Source of the DNA: Gemmatimonadota bacterium
GTDB taxonomy: Bacteria; Gemmatimonadota; Gemmatimonadetes; Palauibacterales; Palauibacteraceae
Direction of reading: 5' to 3'
Assembly (NCBI GenBank): GCA_965116475.1
Contig: OZ220691.1
Span: 849,093 to 913,092, forward strand
DNA: 64,000 nucleotides
The notes under the pieces were generated by a model. The model had not been told where the DNA came from. It ran no database searches and saw only the letters and a program-made list of their open reading frames with translations. This document shows positions 1 to 10,711 of this stretch, piece by piece (position 1 is the stretch's first letter; the number at the start of each line of letters is the position of its first letter). Both the position numbers and the translations under genes were made by a program.

Positions 1-612
1 GGTGAGCCCGTGTCCGGCGTGCACGCCGAGGCCTGCGGCTGCCGCCCGGTCCGCCGCTTCCTCCAGCCGCCCGAGTTCGCGGTCGGCGCTCGCCCGGTCC
101 GCCGCGTTGGCGTATTCGCCGGTGTGAAACTCGATCGCCGCCGCGCCCGCCTCGACCGAGGCGTCGACGGAGGCGGGATCGGGATCGATGAAGAGCGACG
201 TGCGGATGCCGGCCTCCTGGAGCCGCGCCACGGCGGCGGCGATGCGCGCGGGATCCGCGGACAGGTCCAGCCCGCCTTCCGTCGTCAGTTCCTCCCTCTT
301 CTCGGGGACGAGCGTCGCCTGCGCCGGCCGCCAGCGTTCGGCGAGGGCAAGCACCTCTTCCTCGGCCGCGAGTTCGAGGTTGACGAAGGTGCGGACGGTC
401 GCCAGCAGGAGTTCCACGTCGCGGTCCTGGATGTGGCGGCGGTCTTCGCGGAGATGCACGGTGATCCCGTTCGCGCCCCCGAGTTCGGCGAGCACGGCGG
501 CCCGCACCGGGTCGGGTTCATCCGTGCCGCGCGCCTGACGGACGGTCGCCACGTGATCGATGTTCACGCAGAGCCGGCAGTCGACCAGGTGCGAGAAGCT
601 GCTGTTCGCCAT
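1..612 (-). CDS. pdxJ: pyridoxine 5'-phosphate synthase PdxJ (3' end runs off window)
   Basis: Hand translation of the minus strand from ATG at 612..610 gives MANSSFSHLVDCRLCVNIDHVATVRQARGTDEPDPVRAAVLAEL...GANGITVHLREDRRHIQDRD. This is the PdxJ N-terminus including the hallmark HLREDRRHI motif. It is absent from the ORF track because there is no stop inside the window. Confidence 0.85.
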   Translation of the reverse strand, partial: MANSSFSHLVDCRLCVNIDHVATVRQARGTDEPDPVRAAVLAELGGANGITVHLREDRRHIQDRDVELLLATVRTFVNLELAAEEEVLALAERWRPAQATLVPEKREELTTEGGLDLSADPARIAAAVARLQEAGIRTSLFIDPDPASVDASVEAGAAAIEFHTGEYANAADRASADRELGRLEEAADRAAAAGLGVHAGHGLT

Positions 613-656
613 GATGTGCTCCCGTTCCAGCCTCGACGGTTCACCGGTTCGCCGCG

Positions 657-1940
657 TCAGGCGGCGTCGGCTCGCTCCACGGCCAGGCCGCTCTCGCGCC
701 AGCGGCCGGCCACCCCGGCGGGCACGCGGGCCACGATGACCACGCACCCGGCTTCGTACGCGCGCTCCAGCACCTCCCCCTCCCGGTACGCCTCGGCGAG
801 TCGCGCGCCGTCGCTGGCGGGCAGGCTCACCCGCACTGTCTCGAGGCGGGCCCGCATCGCCGCCTGGAGCGCCTCGCGCAACGGCTGCAACCCGCCTCGC
901 TCCACGATCGAGGTCAGCACGTGCGGCCGGCCTTCCGCCGCCGCCCGCTCGCGGAGCGCCCGCTCCTCCTCGTGCGTGAGCCGGTCGATCTTGTTGAAGA
1001 CCTCGACCACCGGGCGGTCCGCCACGCCGGCCTCCGCCAGCACCCCCTCCACGGCCTCGCGCTGCGCGTCCCGGCTCGGCGATGAGGCGTCGATCACGTG
1101 CAGCAGGAGGTCGGCCTCGGCGAGTTCCTCCATCGTCGCGCGGAAGGATGCCACGAGATGATGCGGCAGCTTCCGGATGAACCCGACCGTGTCGGTGAGG
1201 AGGATCGGACCCGGACCTTCGAGATCGCAAACCCGGGTCGCCGAGTCCACCGTAGCGAACAGCCGGTCCTCGACGAAAACATCCGAGCCCGAGAGCGCGC
1301 GCAGGATGGAGGACTTCCCCGCGTTCGTGTAGCCCGTGAGCGCCACGGTGAACTGCTCGCTCCGCGCCCGGCGCTGGGTGACCCGCGCCCGTGCGATGTG
1401 GTCGAGCTTGCCCCGCAGCCGGGCCAGACGCCGGTCGATGAGCCGGCGGTCGGTCTCGATCTGCTGCTCGCCGGGCCCGCGCGCGCCGATGCCCCCGCCC
1501 TCCCGCGAGAGGTGGGTCCACATCCGCTTCAACCGCGTCCGCATGTACTGAAGCTGGGCGAGTTCGACCTGGAGCTTCGCTTCCGCCGTCCGGGCCCGGA
1601 GCGCGAAGATGTCGAGGATGAGCTCGGTCCGGTCCAGCGCCCGCACGCCGAGCGCCGCTTCGAGATTCGCCCCCTGCGCCGGCGTGAGTTCCTCGTCGAA
1701 GATGGCGAGCGTCGCGCCGTGCTCCCGGAGCGCCCGCCCCAGGCTTTCGACCTTCCCCTTGCCGATGAAGGTCGAGGCGTTCGGCCTGCGCAGCCGCTGC
1801 ACGACCGCGCCCCGGACATCGGCGCCCGCCGTTCCCGCAAGGCGGGCGAGTTCCTCGAGGTGTTCGTCCACCGTCTCCTGGGGCATGTCCGTCGGCGGCG
1901 CCCCCACGAGCACCGCGCGCTCCGCCGCACCGTCCGACAT
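657..1940 (-). CDS. hflX: GTPase HflX
   Basis: C-terminal 427 aa of the 773-aa ORF: G-domain motifs TGYTNAGKSS, DTVGF and NKID plus HflX N-domain (LVG...RTELILDIFALRARTAEAKLQVELAQLQY). Start taken at MSDGAAERAVLVG (ATG 1940..1938), which overlaps the rarA stop (TGATG). The upstream 346 codons of the ORF are an Arg/Gly-rich GC artefact. Confidence 0.9.
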   Translation of the reverse strand: MSDGAAERAVLVGAPPTDMPQETVDEHLEELARLAGTAGADVRGAVVQRLRRPNASTFIGKGKVESLGRALREHGATLAIFDEELTPAQGANLEAALGVRALDRTELILDIFALRARTAEAKLQVELAQLQYMRTRLKRMWTHLSREGGGIGARGPGEQQIETDRRLIDRRLARLRGKLDHIARARVTQRRARSEQFTVALTGYTNAGKSSILRALSGSDVFVEDRLFATVDSATRVCDLEGPGPILLTDTVGFIRKLPHHLVASFRATMEELAEADLLLHVIDASSPSRDAQREAVEGVLAEAGVADRPVVEVFNKIDRLTHEEERALRERAAAEGRPHVLTSIVERGGLQPLREALQAAMRARLETVRVSLPASDGARLAEAYREGEVLERAYEAGCVVIVARVPAGVAGRWRESGLAVERADAA

Positions 1941-3451
1941 CACTCTGTCGATCGATTCTCCTCCGTGGTCTCGCCGCCCGTTCCGGCGCCCGTTCCGGCG
2001 CCCGTTTCGGCCTCCGTTTCGGCCTCCGGGTCTCCCCGGGAGCCCGCTTCCTCTGCCGCCCGCGCCCGGCTGGCGCGAATCGCTTCGAGCCTGCGCCTCG
2101 CCTCCGCTTCCCAGCCGCGTCCCACCGGATCGTACCAGCGGCTTCCGCGCAGCGACTCCGGAAGGTAGGACTGGGCGGCCACGCCGTCTTCCTCGTCGTG
2201 ATCGTAGCGATACCCCGATCCGTACCCGAGTTCCTTCATGAGCCGCGTGGGCGCGTTCCGGATATGGAACGGGACGGGCTCGGCGGGCGTTTCGCGCGCC
2301 GAGCGGGCCGCGGCGCCGAAGGCCCGGTAGACCGCGTTCGATTTCGGGGCGATGGCCAGATAGGTCACCGCCTGCGCCAGGGCCAGATCGCCCTCGGGGC
2401 TGCCGAGAAAGTGGTACGCGTCCCGCGCCGCGATCGTGACCGCCAGCGCGCCGGGATCCGCGAGTCCGACATCCTCGGCGGCCATGCGGACGATGCGCCG
2501 GGCCAGGTACATGGGATCCTCGCCGCCGTCCAGCATCCGTGCGAGCCAGTAGAGCGCGGCGTCCGCGTCCGAGCCGCGGACGGCCTTGTGCAGGGCGGAG
2601 ATGAGGTTGAAGTGCTCCTCGCCCGACTTGTCGTAGCGCGCGAACCGCTTCTGCAGCGCCGCCGCCACGTGATCCTCGGAGATCGCGGGAACGCCGGCCA
2701 CGCCGGCCAGATCCGCCGCCGTCTCGAGCGCGTTGAGGGCGCGGCGGGCGTCCCCGTCCGATTCGGTCCCGAGCCGGGCGAGGGCGTCGTCGTCGATGGA
2801 GAGGCCCGTGGCTCCGAGCCCGCGCTCCCGGTCCCGCAGCGCGCGGGCACAGATCTCCGAGACGTCGTCCGGCGCGAGCGGCTCGAGGACGAAGACGCGG
2901 GTGCGGGAGAGGAGCGGGCCGACGACCTCGAAGCTGGGGTTCTCCGTCGTGGCCCCGATGAGGGTGATGGCGCCGCACTCGACGTGCGGGAGGAGGGCAT
3001 CCTGCTGCGCCCGGTTGAAGCGGTGGATCTCATCGACGAAGAGGACGGTGCCGCGGCCGGTGGCCGCGCGCCGCGCCTTCGCCTCCTCCAGGACGCGGCG
3101 GACGCGGGGGATCCCGTCGGTGACGGCGGAGAAGGGGACGAACGCGGCTTCCATCCGGCCGGCGAGCAGCCCGGCGAGGGTCGTCTTTCCGGTGCCCGGC
3201 GGACCCCAGAAGATGAGGCTCGGGACGCGTCCACTCTCGATGAGTTGGCGCAGGGGCCGGTCCGCGCCGACGAGTTTCGGCTGTCCGACGAACTCTTCCA
3301 GCGTCCGCGGCCGCATGCGGGCGGCGAGCGGCGAGTCGGCCAGGGCGGCATCCCGGGCCCGGGCGGCCCCCGGCTCGCCCGCGGGCGCGGGCTCGGCGGG
3401 CGGGGCGGCGCGCGCTTCCATGCCGGCGAACAGGCTCGGCTCGTCAGCCAT
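1940..3451 (-). CDS. rarA: replication-associated recombination protein A (AAA+ ATPase RarA/MgsA)
   Basis: Walker A GPPGTGKTT, Walker B LFVDEIHRFN, and the MgsA C-terminal tetramerisation region. Start chosen at MADEPSLF (ATG 3451..3449) rather than 3496, to limit overlap with the upstream gene. Confidence 0.85.
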   Translation of the reverse strand: MADEPSLFAGMEARAAPPAEPAPAGEPGAARARDAALADSPLAARMRPRTLEEFVGQPKLVGADRPLRQLIESGRVPSLIFWGPPGTGKTTLAGLLAGRMEAAFVPFSAVTDGIPRVRRVLEEAKARRAATGRGTVLFVDEIHRFNRAQQDALLPHVECGAITLIGATTENPSFEVVGPLLSRTRVFVLEPLAPDDVSEICARALRDRERGLGATGLSIDDDALARLGTESDGDARRALNALETAADLAGVAGVPAISEDHVAAALQKRFARYDKSGEEHFNLISALHKAVRGSDADAALYWLARMLDGGEDPMYLARRIVRMAAEDVGLADPGALAVTIAARDAYHFLGSPEGDLALAQAVTYLAIAPKSNAVYRAFGAAARSARETPAEPVPFHIRNAPTRLMKELGYGSGYRYDHDEEDGVAAQSYLPESLRGSRWYDPVGRGWEAEARRRLEAIRASRARAAEEAGSRGDPEAETEAETGAGTGAGTGGETTEENRSTE

Positions 3452-4823
3452 CGGCGCCGGACGGCCCGTTACCGGCTGCACCGGTCGGGGGCGCATCGGG
3501 GGGGCGCGACGCCTCCGCGAGCGCGCCGATCTCGATCAGCCGGCGAGCCTCTTCGAGGAGGGGCTCGCGCTCGTTGCGGCCGGGGTCCTCGATGACCTGT
3601 TCGAGCAGCTCGTCCAGCAGCAGCCGAACGAGCGGACCCGGCGACATGCCGAGTGCGAGGAGGTCGTCCCCGTTGACCGCGAGACGCGCCAGATCGAGCA
3701 CCGGGTCTTCTTCGCGCTCTTCCCGGACGCGCTCGAGGGTCGCCTCGAGGTAGCGCTCCGCCCGCGTCTCTCCGGCGGCGTGGGCGGCGGCGAAGTGCAG
3801 TTCGAACAGGTCCTCCCACGCGCCGCCGACCGCTGCGAGCCAGCGTCGATGCTCCGCCGCGGAGTCCAGCGGCCCGACGAAGGGGAGGTACAGCCGGACG
3901 AGCCGCGCGACGTAGCGCCGGTCCGCGTTGGAGAACTTGAGCCGCGAGAGCAGCGACTCGGCGGCTTCGGCCCGCCCGTCCGGTGTTTCGGACGCGGGCA
4001 CGAGCAGGCTCGCAAGGCGCACGTTCGCGGCGTGCGCCGGGGCCGCATCGACGGCGCCGAGCGCGGACCGCCACGCGTCGCCGTCGGCCACGAGCCCGAG
4101 CAGCTCCGGGTACCAGTGGCCCAGCGCCCCGCAGTCCGCGTAGAGCTCCAGCGCGGCCGAAGGCTTCGGGTCCGCCAGGACCTTGAGCAGCTCCTCGCGC
4201 ACGCGCTCGGCCGACAGCCCGGCCAGACCGCTCACGGCCTCCCGCATCGCTTCGTCGGTGCGCGCCTCCACCGCCCACTCGAATCGTCCCGCGAACCGGA
4301 AGCCGCGCAGCACGCGCAGGTAGTCCTCGCGGAAGCGCGCTTCGGGTTCGCCGACGGCGCGCAGGATCCCGTCTTCGATGTCCTCCGCGCCGTCCCACTC
4401 GTCGCGCACCTCGCCGGTGGCGGGCCGCCAGGCGATGGCGTTCGCCGTGAAATCCCGCCGGCTCAGATCCTCCTCGATGGAATCGGCGAAGGCGACCCGC
4501 GCGTGGCGGCCATCCGTCTCGACATCGCGCCGGAACGTCGTCACCTCGTAGGCGTGGTCCCCGTCGAGGACCGTCACGGTCCCGTGCGACACGCCGACCG
4601 GGACGGTCCGCGGAAAGAGCCGCATCACGTCCTCCGGCCGCGCAGCCGTCGTCAGGTCCCAGTCCGGCTCGGGCAGGTCGGGCGTCCCTCCGATCTGGGC
4701 GACGTAGGCGTCGCGGATCGAGCCGCCCACGGCCCAGGCCTCGAAACCCGCGGCCTCGAGCCGTTCCGCGGTACGGGAGAACCCGGGCGAGGGGGAGAAT
4801 CGGCCCGGATCGATCGCGCTCAC
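3444..4823 (-). CDS. tRNA nucleotidyltransferase / poly(A) polymerase family protein (CCA-adding-like)
   Basis: Pol-beta-like head GGSIRDAYV...DLTT and RRDFTANAIA motif typical of class II CCA/PAP enzymes; 459 aa. Confidence 0.8.
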   Translation of the reverse strand: MSAIDPGRFSPSPGFSRTAERLEAAGFEAWAVGGSIRDAYVAQIGGTPDLPEPDWDLTTAARPEDVMRLFPRTVPVGVSHGTVTVLDGDHAYEVTTFRRDVETDGRHARVAFADSIEEDLSRRDFTANAIAWRPATGEVRDEWDGAEDIEDGILRAVGEPEARFREDYLRVLRGFRFAGRFEWAVEARTDEAMREAVSGLAGLSAERVREELLKVLADPKPSAALELYADCGALGHWYPELLGLVADGDAWRSALGAVDAAPAHAANVRLASLLVPASETPDGRAEAAESLLSRLKFSNADRRYVARLVRLYLPFVGPLDSAAEHRRWLAAVGGAWEDLFELHFAAAHAAGETRAERYLEATLERVREEREEDPVLDLARLAVNGDDLLALGMSPGPLVRLLLDELLEQVIEDPGRNEREPLLEEARRLIEIGALAEASRPPDAPPTGAAGNGPSGADG

Positions 4824-4842
4824 GACATTCTCAGCCGCGTTC

Positions 4843-5625
4843 TCAGCCGCACAACACGCTGCCGCCGTTCACGTTGAGGATTTCGCCCGTGATGTGCCGG
4901 GCCGCGTCGGAGAGAAGGAAGCAGATGGGCCCGGCGATGTCCTCGGCCGTGGCGACGCGCCCGAGCGGAATGAGGGCCAGCGCGGCGCGCCCGGCCTCCC
5001 CCTGAAGCGCAGGCGACGACATGTCCGTGTCGACCCAGCCGGGGGCGACGGCGTTCACGTTGATCGATCTCGGACCAAGTTCGGTCGCGACCGACTTGCA
5101 GAACGCGTTGATCGCTCCCTTGGACGCGGCGTAGTGGCTGTGCTCCGCCTCACCCCGCTGCGATGCCGTGGAGGACACGAGGACGATCCTCCCGTCCGCC
5201 CGCATGCGCACCGCCGCTTCCCGCGTGCTCGCGTAGATCGACGTGAGGTTCGTCTCGATCATGCGTCGCCACTCGTCCGCTTCGAGCGACTCGATGGGGC
5301 GCGCGTCCACGTTCCAGATGCCGGCGTTGCCCACGAACCCGTCCAGCCCGCCGAACTCGGCATCGGCGCGCTCGAACAGCTTCCGGCACTCCGCCGTGTC
5401 GGCGAGATCCGCGCCGGCGCACCAGTGGCGCCCGTCCGGGGCGAGCGCGTAGGCCTCTTCGACCGCCTGCCGCCCCTCTGCCTCCGCCCGGTGGTAGGCG
5501 ACGCCGACGGATGCGCCGGACGCCGCGAGGCACCGCACGGTGGCTCGTCCGATCCCGCGCGACCCACCCGTTACGAGCACGCGCTTGCCCGCGAGACCGG
5601 GCAACCCCGGTACGCTCGATGTCAT
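4843..5625 (-). CDS. SDR family oxidoreductase (FabG-like 3-oxoacyl reductase fold)
   Basis: TGGSRGIG Rossmann motif, NAG, and the S...YxxxK catalytic triad (YAASK). Confidence 0.85.
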   Translation of the reverse strand: MTSSVPGLPGLAGKRVLVTGGSRGIGRATVRCLAASGASVGVAYHRAEAEGRQAVEEAYALAPDGRHWCAGADLADTAECRKLFERADAEFGGLDGFVGNAGIWNVDARPIESLEADEWRRMIETNLTSIYASTREAAVRMRADGRIVLVSSTASQRGEAEHSHYAASKGAINAFCKSVATELGPRSINVNAVAPGWVDTDMSSPALQGEAGRAALALIPLGRVATAEDIAGPICFLLSDAARHITGEILNVNGGSVLCG

Positions 5626-5629
5626 TCCG

Positions 5630-5989
5630 TCATCTCCTCCTTGTTTCCCCCTCGTTGAATCGTTCGCCGATCAGCCCGCGCGGACCCACCTCCTCGGCGA
5701 GTCGGCTTGCCCGCGCGGCGCTCCCCCCGAGAGCCGGATCCGCCGCCGCCTCGAGCGCGTAGGTGAGGATCGCGTCGGCGGCGAGCAGCGTCACCGCCTC
5801 CGAGCGGGTTGCTTCACCTTCCGCCGCGACCGCCAGCGCATCGAGCGCCGCGTGGACGAGTCCGACCTCGCCCTCCGCCAGACGTCCCTTGACCAGCGGC
5901 CACACCGCCTCCCCGAGCTCTGCCGGTGCGCTCTGGAGCCGCCCTGCGAGCCAGGTTTCGAGCGTGAGAGCGCCGGGTTCGGCCGGCAC
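5630..5989 (-). CDS. hypothetical small Ala-rich helical protein (weak call)
   Basis: 365-nt gap between the alaS stop and the SDR start. Part of ORF 5630..6139 lies past the alaS stop, and GTG at 5989..5987 gives about 119 aa (VPAEPGALTLETWLAGRLQS...). Low complexity and no recognisable family, so it may be non-coding. Confidence 0.25.
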   Translation of the reverse strand: MPAEPGALTLETWLAGRLQSAPAELGEAVWPLVKGRLAEGEVGLVHAALDALAVAAEGEATRSEAVTLLAADAILTYALEAAADPALGGSAARASRLAEEVGPRGLIGERFNEGETRRR

Positions 5990-5990
5990 G

Positions 5991-8693
5991 TCAAGCACCC
6001 GACAGGGCGGGCACCCGCTCGGAAGCCCAGGCCCAGGCCGCTCCGAGTCCGTCTTCCGTTCGCGACGGGTCGCCCACGCCCCCCTGCGCGAAGCGCGCGC
6101 CCCCGCCGCCGCCGGAACCCGTCGCCCGGCTCGACACACGGACGAGGTCGCCCGCCTTCACGCCCAGCCGGATGAGGTCGTCCGACACGACGGAGATGAA
6201 CGCATGGCGGTCCTCGTCCGGGAACACGACATGGACGACAGCGGCGCCCGACCCCATTCCGCCGCGCAGGCGATCGCCGAGCGCGCCGAGGTCCGTGCCC
6301 GCGGGCACCTCCAGGCGCCCCGACACGAAGCGCGCCCCGTTCGCGTCCGCCGCCCCCGTCGCTCCCGCTCCTGCGAGCAGCGTCTCCAGTTGTCGGTCCG
6401 CGGCAGCTCCCCTCCGCCCCCGAACTTCTTCGGCGAGCGCGTCGCGTTCTTCGAGGAGCCGGTCCATGCGCGCGGTCAGATCCGTCGGTTGGCAGCGCAG
6501 CCGCGCGGCCAGTTCGGCGAGCAGCCGGTCGCGCTCCAGTTCCCGCCGGTAGGCCCCCTGCCCCGTCACAGCCTCGATACGCCGGATCCCGGCCGCGACG
6601 CCCGTCTCGGCCACGATCCGGAACGTCCCGATCTGGCCCGTCGTGCGGACGTGCGTGCCGCCGCACAGCTCCAGGCTGAGGCCCGGAACCTCGATCACGC
6701 GCACGATGTCCCCGTACTTCTCTCCGAACAGGGCCATCGCCCCGGCCGCGATCGCCTCGTCGTAGTCCCGCTGCGACGCGTCGACGTCGTGGTTGCCGAG
6801 GATCGCTTCCGTCACCTCCGCTTCGATGTCCGCCCGTTCCTCCGGCGTCAGCGGTCCCCGGTGGCTGAAATCGAAGCGCAGCCGGTCCGGGGCGACGAGC
6901 GAGCCGGCCTGCTGCACGTGCTCGCCCAGCCGGTTGCGGAGCGCGGCGTGCAACAGGTGCGTCGCCGTGTGATTCCGCTCCGTCTCGTGCCGCGCCGGAT
7001 CCACCTGCGCGAGCACCGTGTCCTCGACCCCCTCGGCTTCTCCCCCGGCTTCGGGCAGCGAGCCGTCAGCGAGCACCCCCGCGACCACGGTCCGGCCGTC
7101 GTCGTCCCAGACCTCGGAGATGTCCACCGCCCACCCGTCTCCCGCGACCCGGCCGGTGTCGGAGACCTGTCCCCCGCTCTCCAGGTAGAAGGGATTCCGT
7201 GCGAGCAGGAACGCGTGCCGCCCATCGCCGGACCAGCGCCGGCAGTCCGTTTCGACTTCGAGGTCCCCGTAGCCCACGAATTTCTGTGGTCGGGGGCCGA
7301 GGGAAGCGGTCGCCTGGATCGAACCGACGAGCCCGCCCGTAAGAGTCGCCACCGCGTCGATGGGCGCCACTTTGCCACCCTCGCGCGAACGGGCGCGCTG
7401 GGCTTCCAGGGCCTCGCCGAAGCCCTCCCAGTCCACGCCGTAGCCGCGTTCGCGGGCGATGAGGCCTGTGAGGTCCTCGGGGATGCCGTACGTGTCCTTG
7501 AGCTTGAACGCGACGTCGCCCGCGACCGTGCCCGAACCTCCCTCCGGCATCGCGCGGTCGATCTCGCGCATGCCGCCCTCGATGGTCGACAGGAAGAGTT
7601 CCTCCTCCGCCCGCGTCGTCGAGAGGAGGTGTTCCCGCCTCGCCTCCAGTTCGGGGAAGGTGGCCGACATGCGGTCCGCGACGACGCCCACGAGGTCGTG
7701 CAGGAGCGGGTCGCGCCGCCCGAGCAGCCAGTAGTGCCGCACCGCCCGGCGCAGGATCCGGCGCAGCACGTACCCCCGCTTCTCGTTCGAGGGGAAGACG
7801 CCGTCGGCGAGCAGGAACGCCACGGCCCGGGCGTGATCCGCCAGCACGCGGAAGGCGACGCCGTCCTCCCAGTCTTCCGGCGCTCTCGAGTACTCGATCC
7901 CGAGTCCCTCCTCCGCCGCCTCGATGATCGGGAGGAAAAGGTCCGTGTGGTAGTTCGTGCCCACGCCCTGCAGCAGCGCCGCGATCCGTTCGAGTCCGGC
8001 GCCGGTGTCGATCGAGGGCGCGGGGAGCGGCGTGTCCGTCCCGTCCGGTGCGCGGTCGAACTGCATGAACACGAGATTCCAGAACTCGATGATCGCGTCC
8101 GCCTCGCCCGCCGCCTCGAACTGCGCGTCGGTGATGCGGTCATCGCGCTCCGCGCGCAGGTCGTAGTGCAGTTCCGAGCACGGACCGCACGGACCGGTGT
8201 CGCCCATCTGCCAGAAGTTGTCCTTGTCCCCCATGCGCCGGATCCGCGATTCCGGGATCGAGGTCCGTTTCAGCCAGAGGTCGAAGGCGTCGTCGTCGTC
8301 GTGGTGGACCGTGGCCCACAGGCGTTCGGGCTCGAGGCCGAGGTCTCCGGTCACCCACTCCCAGGCGAAGTCGATCGCGTCGCGCTTGAAGTAGTCGCCG
8401 AAGGAGAAGTTCCCGAGCATCTCGAAGAAGGTGTGGTGGCGCGCGGTTCGCCCCACCTCCTCGAGGTCGTTGTGCTTGCCGCTGACGCGGAGACATTTCT
8501 GGGACGTGACGGCGCGAGGGGGGTGCGGGCGTTCCGTCTCTCCGGTGAAGATGCCCTTGAACTGCACCATCCCGGCGTTCGTGAACATGAGGGTCGGGTC
8601 ATCCGCGGGGACGAGCGGGCCGCTGGGCCGATGCTCGTGCCCCTGCCGCTCGAAACAGGAGATGAAACTCCGCCGGAGTTCGTCCGCCTTCAT
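5991..8693 (-). CDS. alaS: alanine--tRNA ligase
   Basis: 900 aa. Class II aaRS core (FTNAGMVQFK, HHTFFEMLGNFSFGDYFK), editing domain HxxxH (HTATHLLH...) and C-terminal DHHA1 domain. Confidence 0.95.
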   Translation of the reverse strand: MKADELRRSFISCFERQGHEHRPSGPLVPADDPTLMFTNAGMVQFKGIFTGETERPHPPRAVTSQKCLRVSGKHNDLEEVGRTARHHTFFEMLGNFSFGDYFKRDAIDFAWEWVTGDLGLEPERLWATVHHDDDDAFDLWLKRTSIPESRIRRMGDKDNFWQMGDTGPCGPCSELHYDLRAERDDRITDAQFEAAGEADAIIEFWNLVFMQFDRAPDGTDTPLPAPSIDTGAGLERIAALLQGVGTNYHTDLFLPIIEAAEEGLGIEYSRAPEDWEDGVAFRVLADHARAVAFLLADGVFPSNEKRGYVLRRILRRAVRHYWLLGRRDPLLHDLVGVVADRMSATFPELEARREHLLSTTRAEEELFLSTIEGGMREIDRAMPEGGSGTVAGDVAFKLKDTYGIPEDLTGLIARERGYGVDWEGFGEALEAQRARSREGGKVAPIDAVATLTGGLVGSIQATASLGPRPQKFVGYGDLEVETDCRRWSGDGRHAFLLARNPFYLESGGQVSDTGRVAGDGWAVDISEVWDDDGRTVVAGVLADGSLPEAGGEAEGVEDTVLAQVDPARHETERNHTATHLLHAALRNRLGEHVQQAGSLVAPDRLRFDFSHRGPLTPEERADIEAEVTEAILGNHDVDASQRDYDEAIAAGAMALFGEKYGDIVRVIEVPGLSLELCGGTHVRTTGQIGTFRIVAETGVAAGIRRIEAVTGQGAYRRELERDRLLAELAARLRCQPTDLTARMDRLLEERDALAEEVRGRRGAAADRQLETLLAGAGATGAADANGARFVSGRLEVPAGTDLGALGDRLRGGMGSGAAVVHVVFPDEDRHAFISVVSDDLIRLGVKAGDLVRVSSRATGSGGGGGARFAQGGVGDPSRTEDGLGAAWAWASERVPALSGA

Positions 8694-9280
8694 CGTGTAT
8701 CCGCCTCAGCCTGCCAGTTGACCTCGATCCACGCCCGAATGCGACTCGCGGCGAACCCGCGCCGGGCCAGGTAGTCGAACAGCCGCCGACGCGCCTTCGA
8801 CGGGTCCGCGCCCGTCAGCCTCCGCGCCCGGGCCGTCGCGACGCGCTCGAGGAGCGCCTCTTCCGTCGCGCCCTCCTCCGCCATCGCTTCGCGGATGCCG
8901 CGATCCGCATCCTCCCGCGACACACCCCGGGCGAGAAGGTCGGACTGCATGCGTCGGGTTCCACAGGGCCGGAGCCGGATGCGGTCCCGCGCGAAGCTGG
9001 CGGCGAACTGCGCGTCGTCGAGATACCCCAGCGCCGCGAGACGTTCCAGTGCGTGTTGAATCGCGGCCCGGTCGATCCGGTCCCGCCGCAGCCGACGCTC
9101 CGTTTCCCGGCGACTCCTCGGGCGCACGGAAAGATAGCGCAGCCCGACGAACATCGCTTCGGCGCGCCCGCCCGCCGCCTGGACGGCTTCGAGCTCCGCG
9201 GACCGGAGCCGGAGTCCGACATCGAGCCGCAGTCGATGCACGTCCTCGTCCGGAAGCCGACAGAGGGAAGCGCCGTCCAA
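8690..9280 (-). CDS. recX: recombination regulator RecX
   Basis: 196 aa three-repeat helical RecX-like protein. Classic recA-recX-alaS synteny. Its stop overlaps the alaS start. Confidence 0.85.
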   Translation of the reverse strand: MDGASLCRLPDEDVHRLRLDVGLRLRSAELEAVQAAGGRAEAMFVGLRYLSVRPRSRRETERRLRRDRIDRAAIQHALERLAALGYLDDAQFAASFARDRIRLRPCGTRRMQSDLLARGVSREDADRGIREAMAEEGATEEALLERVATARARRLTGADPSKARRRLFDYLARRGFAASRIRAWIEVNWQAEADTR

Positions 9281-9363
9281 CTGGATTTCGGTCCAGCCGG
9301 AGCGGCGCTTGACGGGGACGAGGCCGGTGATCTCCCCGGTTGTGAGGCGGTCGGGGCCGGAAT

Positions 9364-10464
<1,101 letters not shown>

Positions 10465-10538
10465 TTCACGCTCTCCCGATTTCCGAGGGGTCCGCCGGGC
10501 CGATGACGGGGAGTCGATCACCCGCCGCGGCGGAGGTT

Positions 10539-10567
10539 GACAATACCACGCCGGACGACCTTTCGCA
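10539..10567 (-). promoter_or_regulatory. candidate sigma70-type promoter for recA
   Basis: Minus strand reads TTGCGA, a 17-nt spacer, then TATTGT, about 75 nt upstream of the recA start codon. The same DNA read on the plus strand holds a perfect TTGACA hexamer at 10536..10541. Confidence 0.3.
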
Positions 10568-10711
10568 ATTTCTTCGGTTTTGCTCCGACCGTCGAATCCG
10601 GCCGTCCAGAATCAGGATGGAGCGACGCCTCAACGCGGCGTCAACGACCCTCGGGAGGGATGTGAGTCAGGAGTGGTCGCCGGGCTCGCTTGAGGCTGTG
10701 GGGGAGGCGCG

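Noticed and set aside
10-1161. 383-aa plus-strand ORF
   Set aside because: Arg/Gly/Ala-rich low complexity. It lies antisense to the verified pdxJ and hflX genes, so it is a GC-frame artefact.
5763-8774. 1003-aa plus-strand ORF
   Set aside because: Entirely antisense to alaS, with a repetitive Arg/Pro-rich translation.
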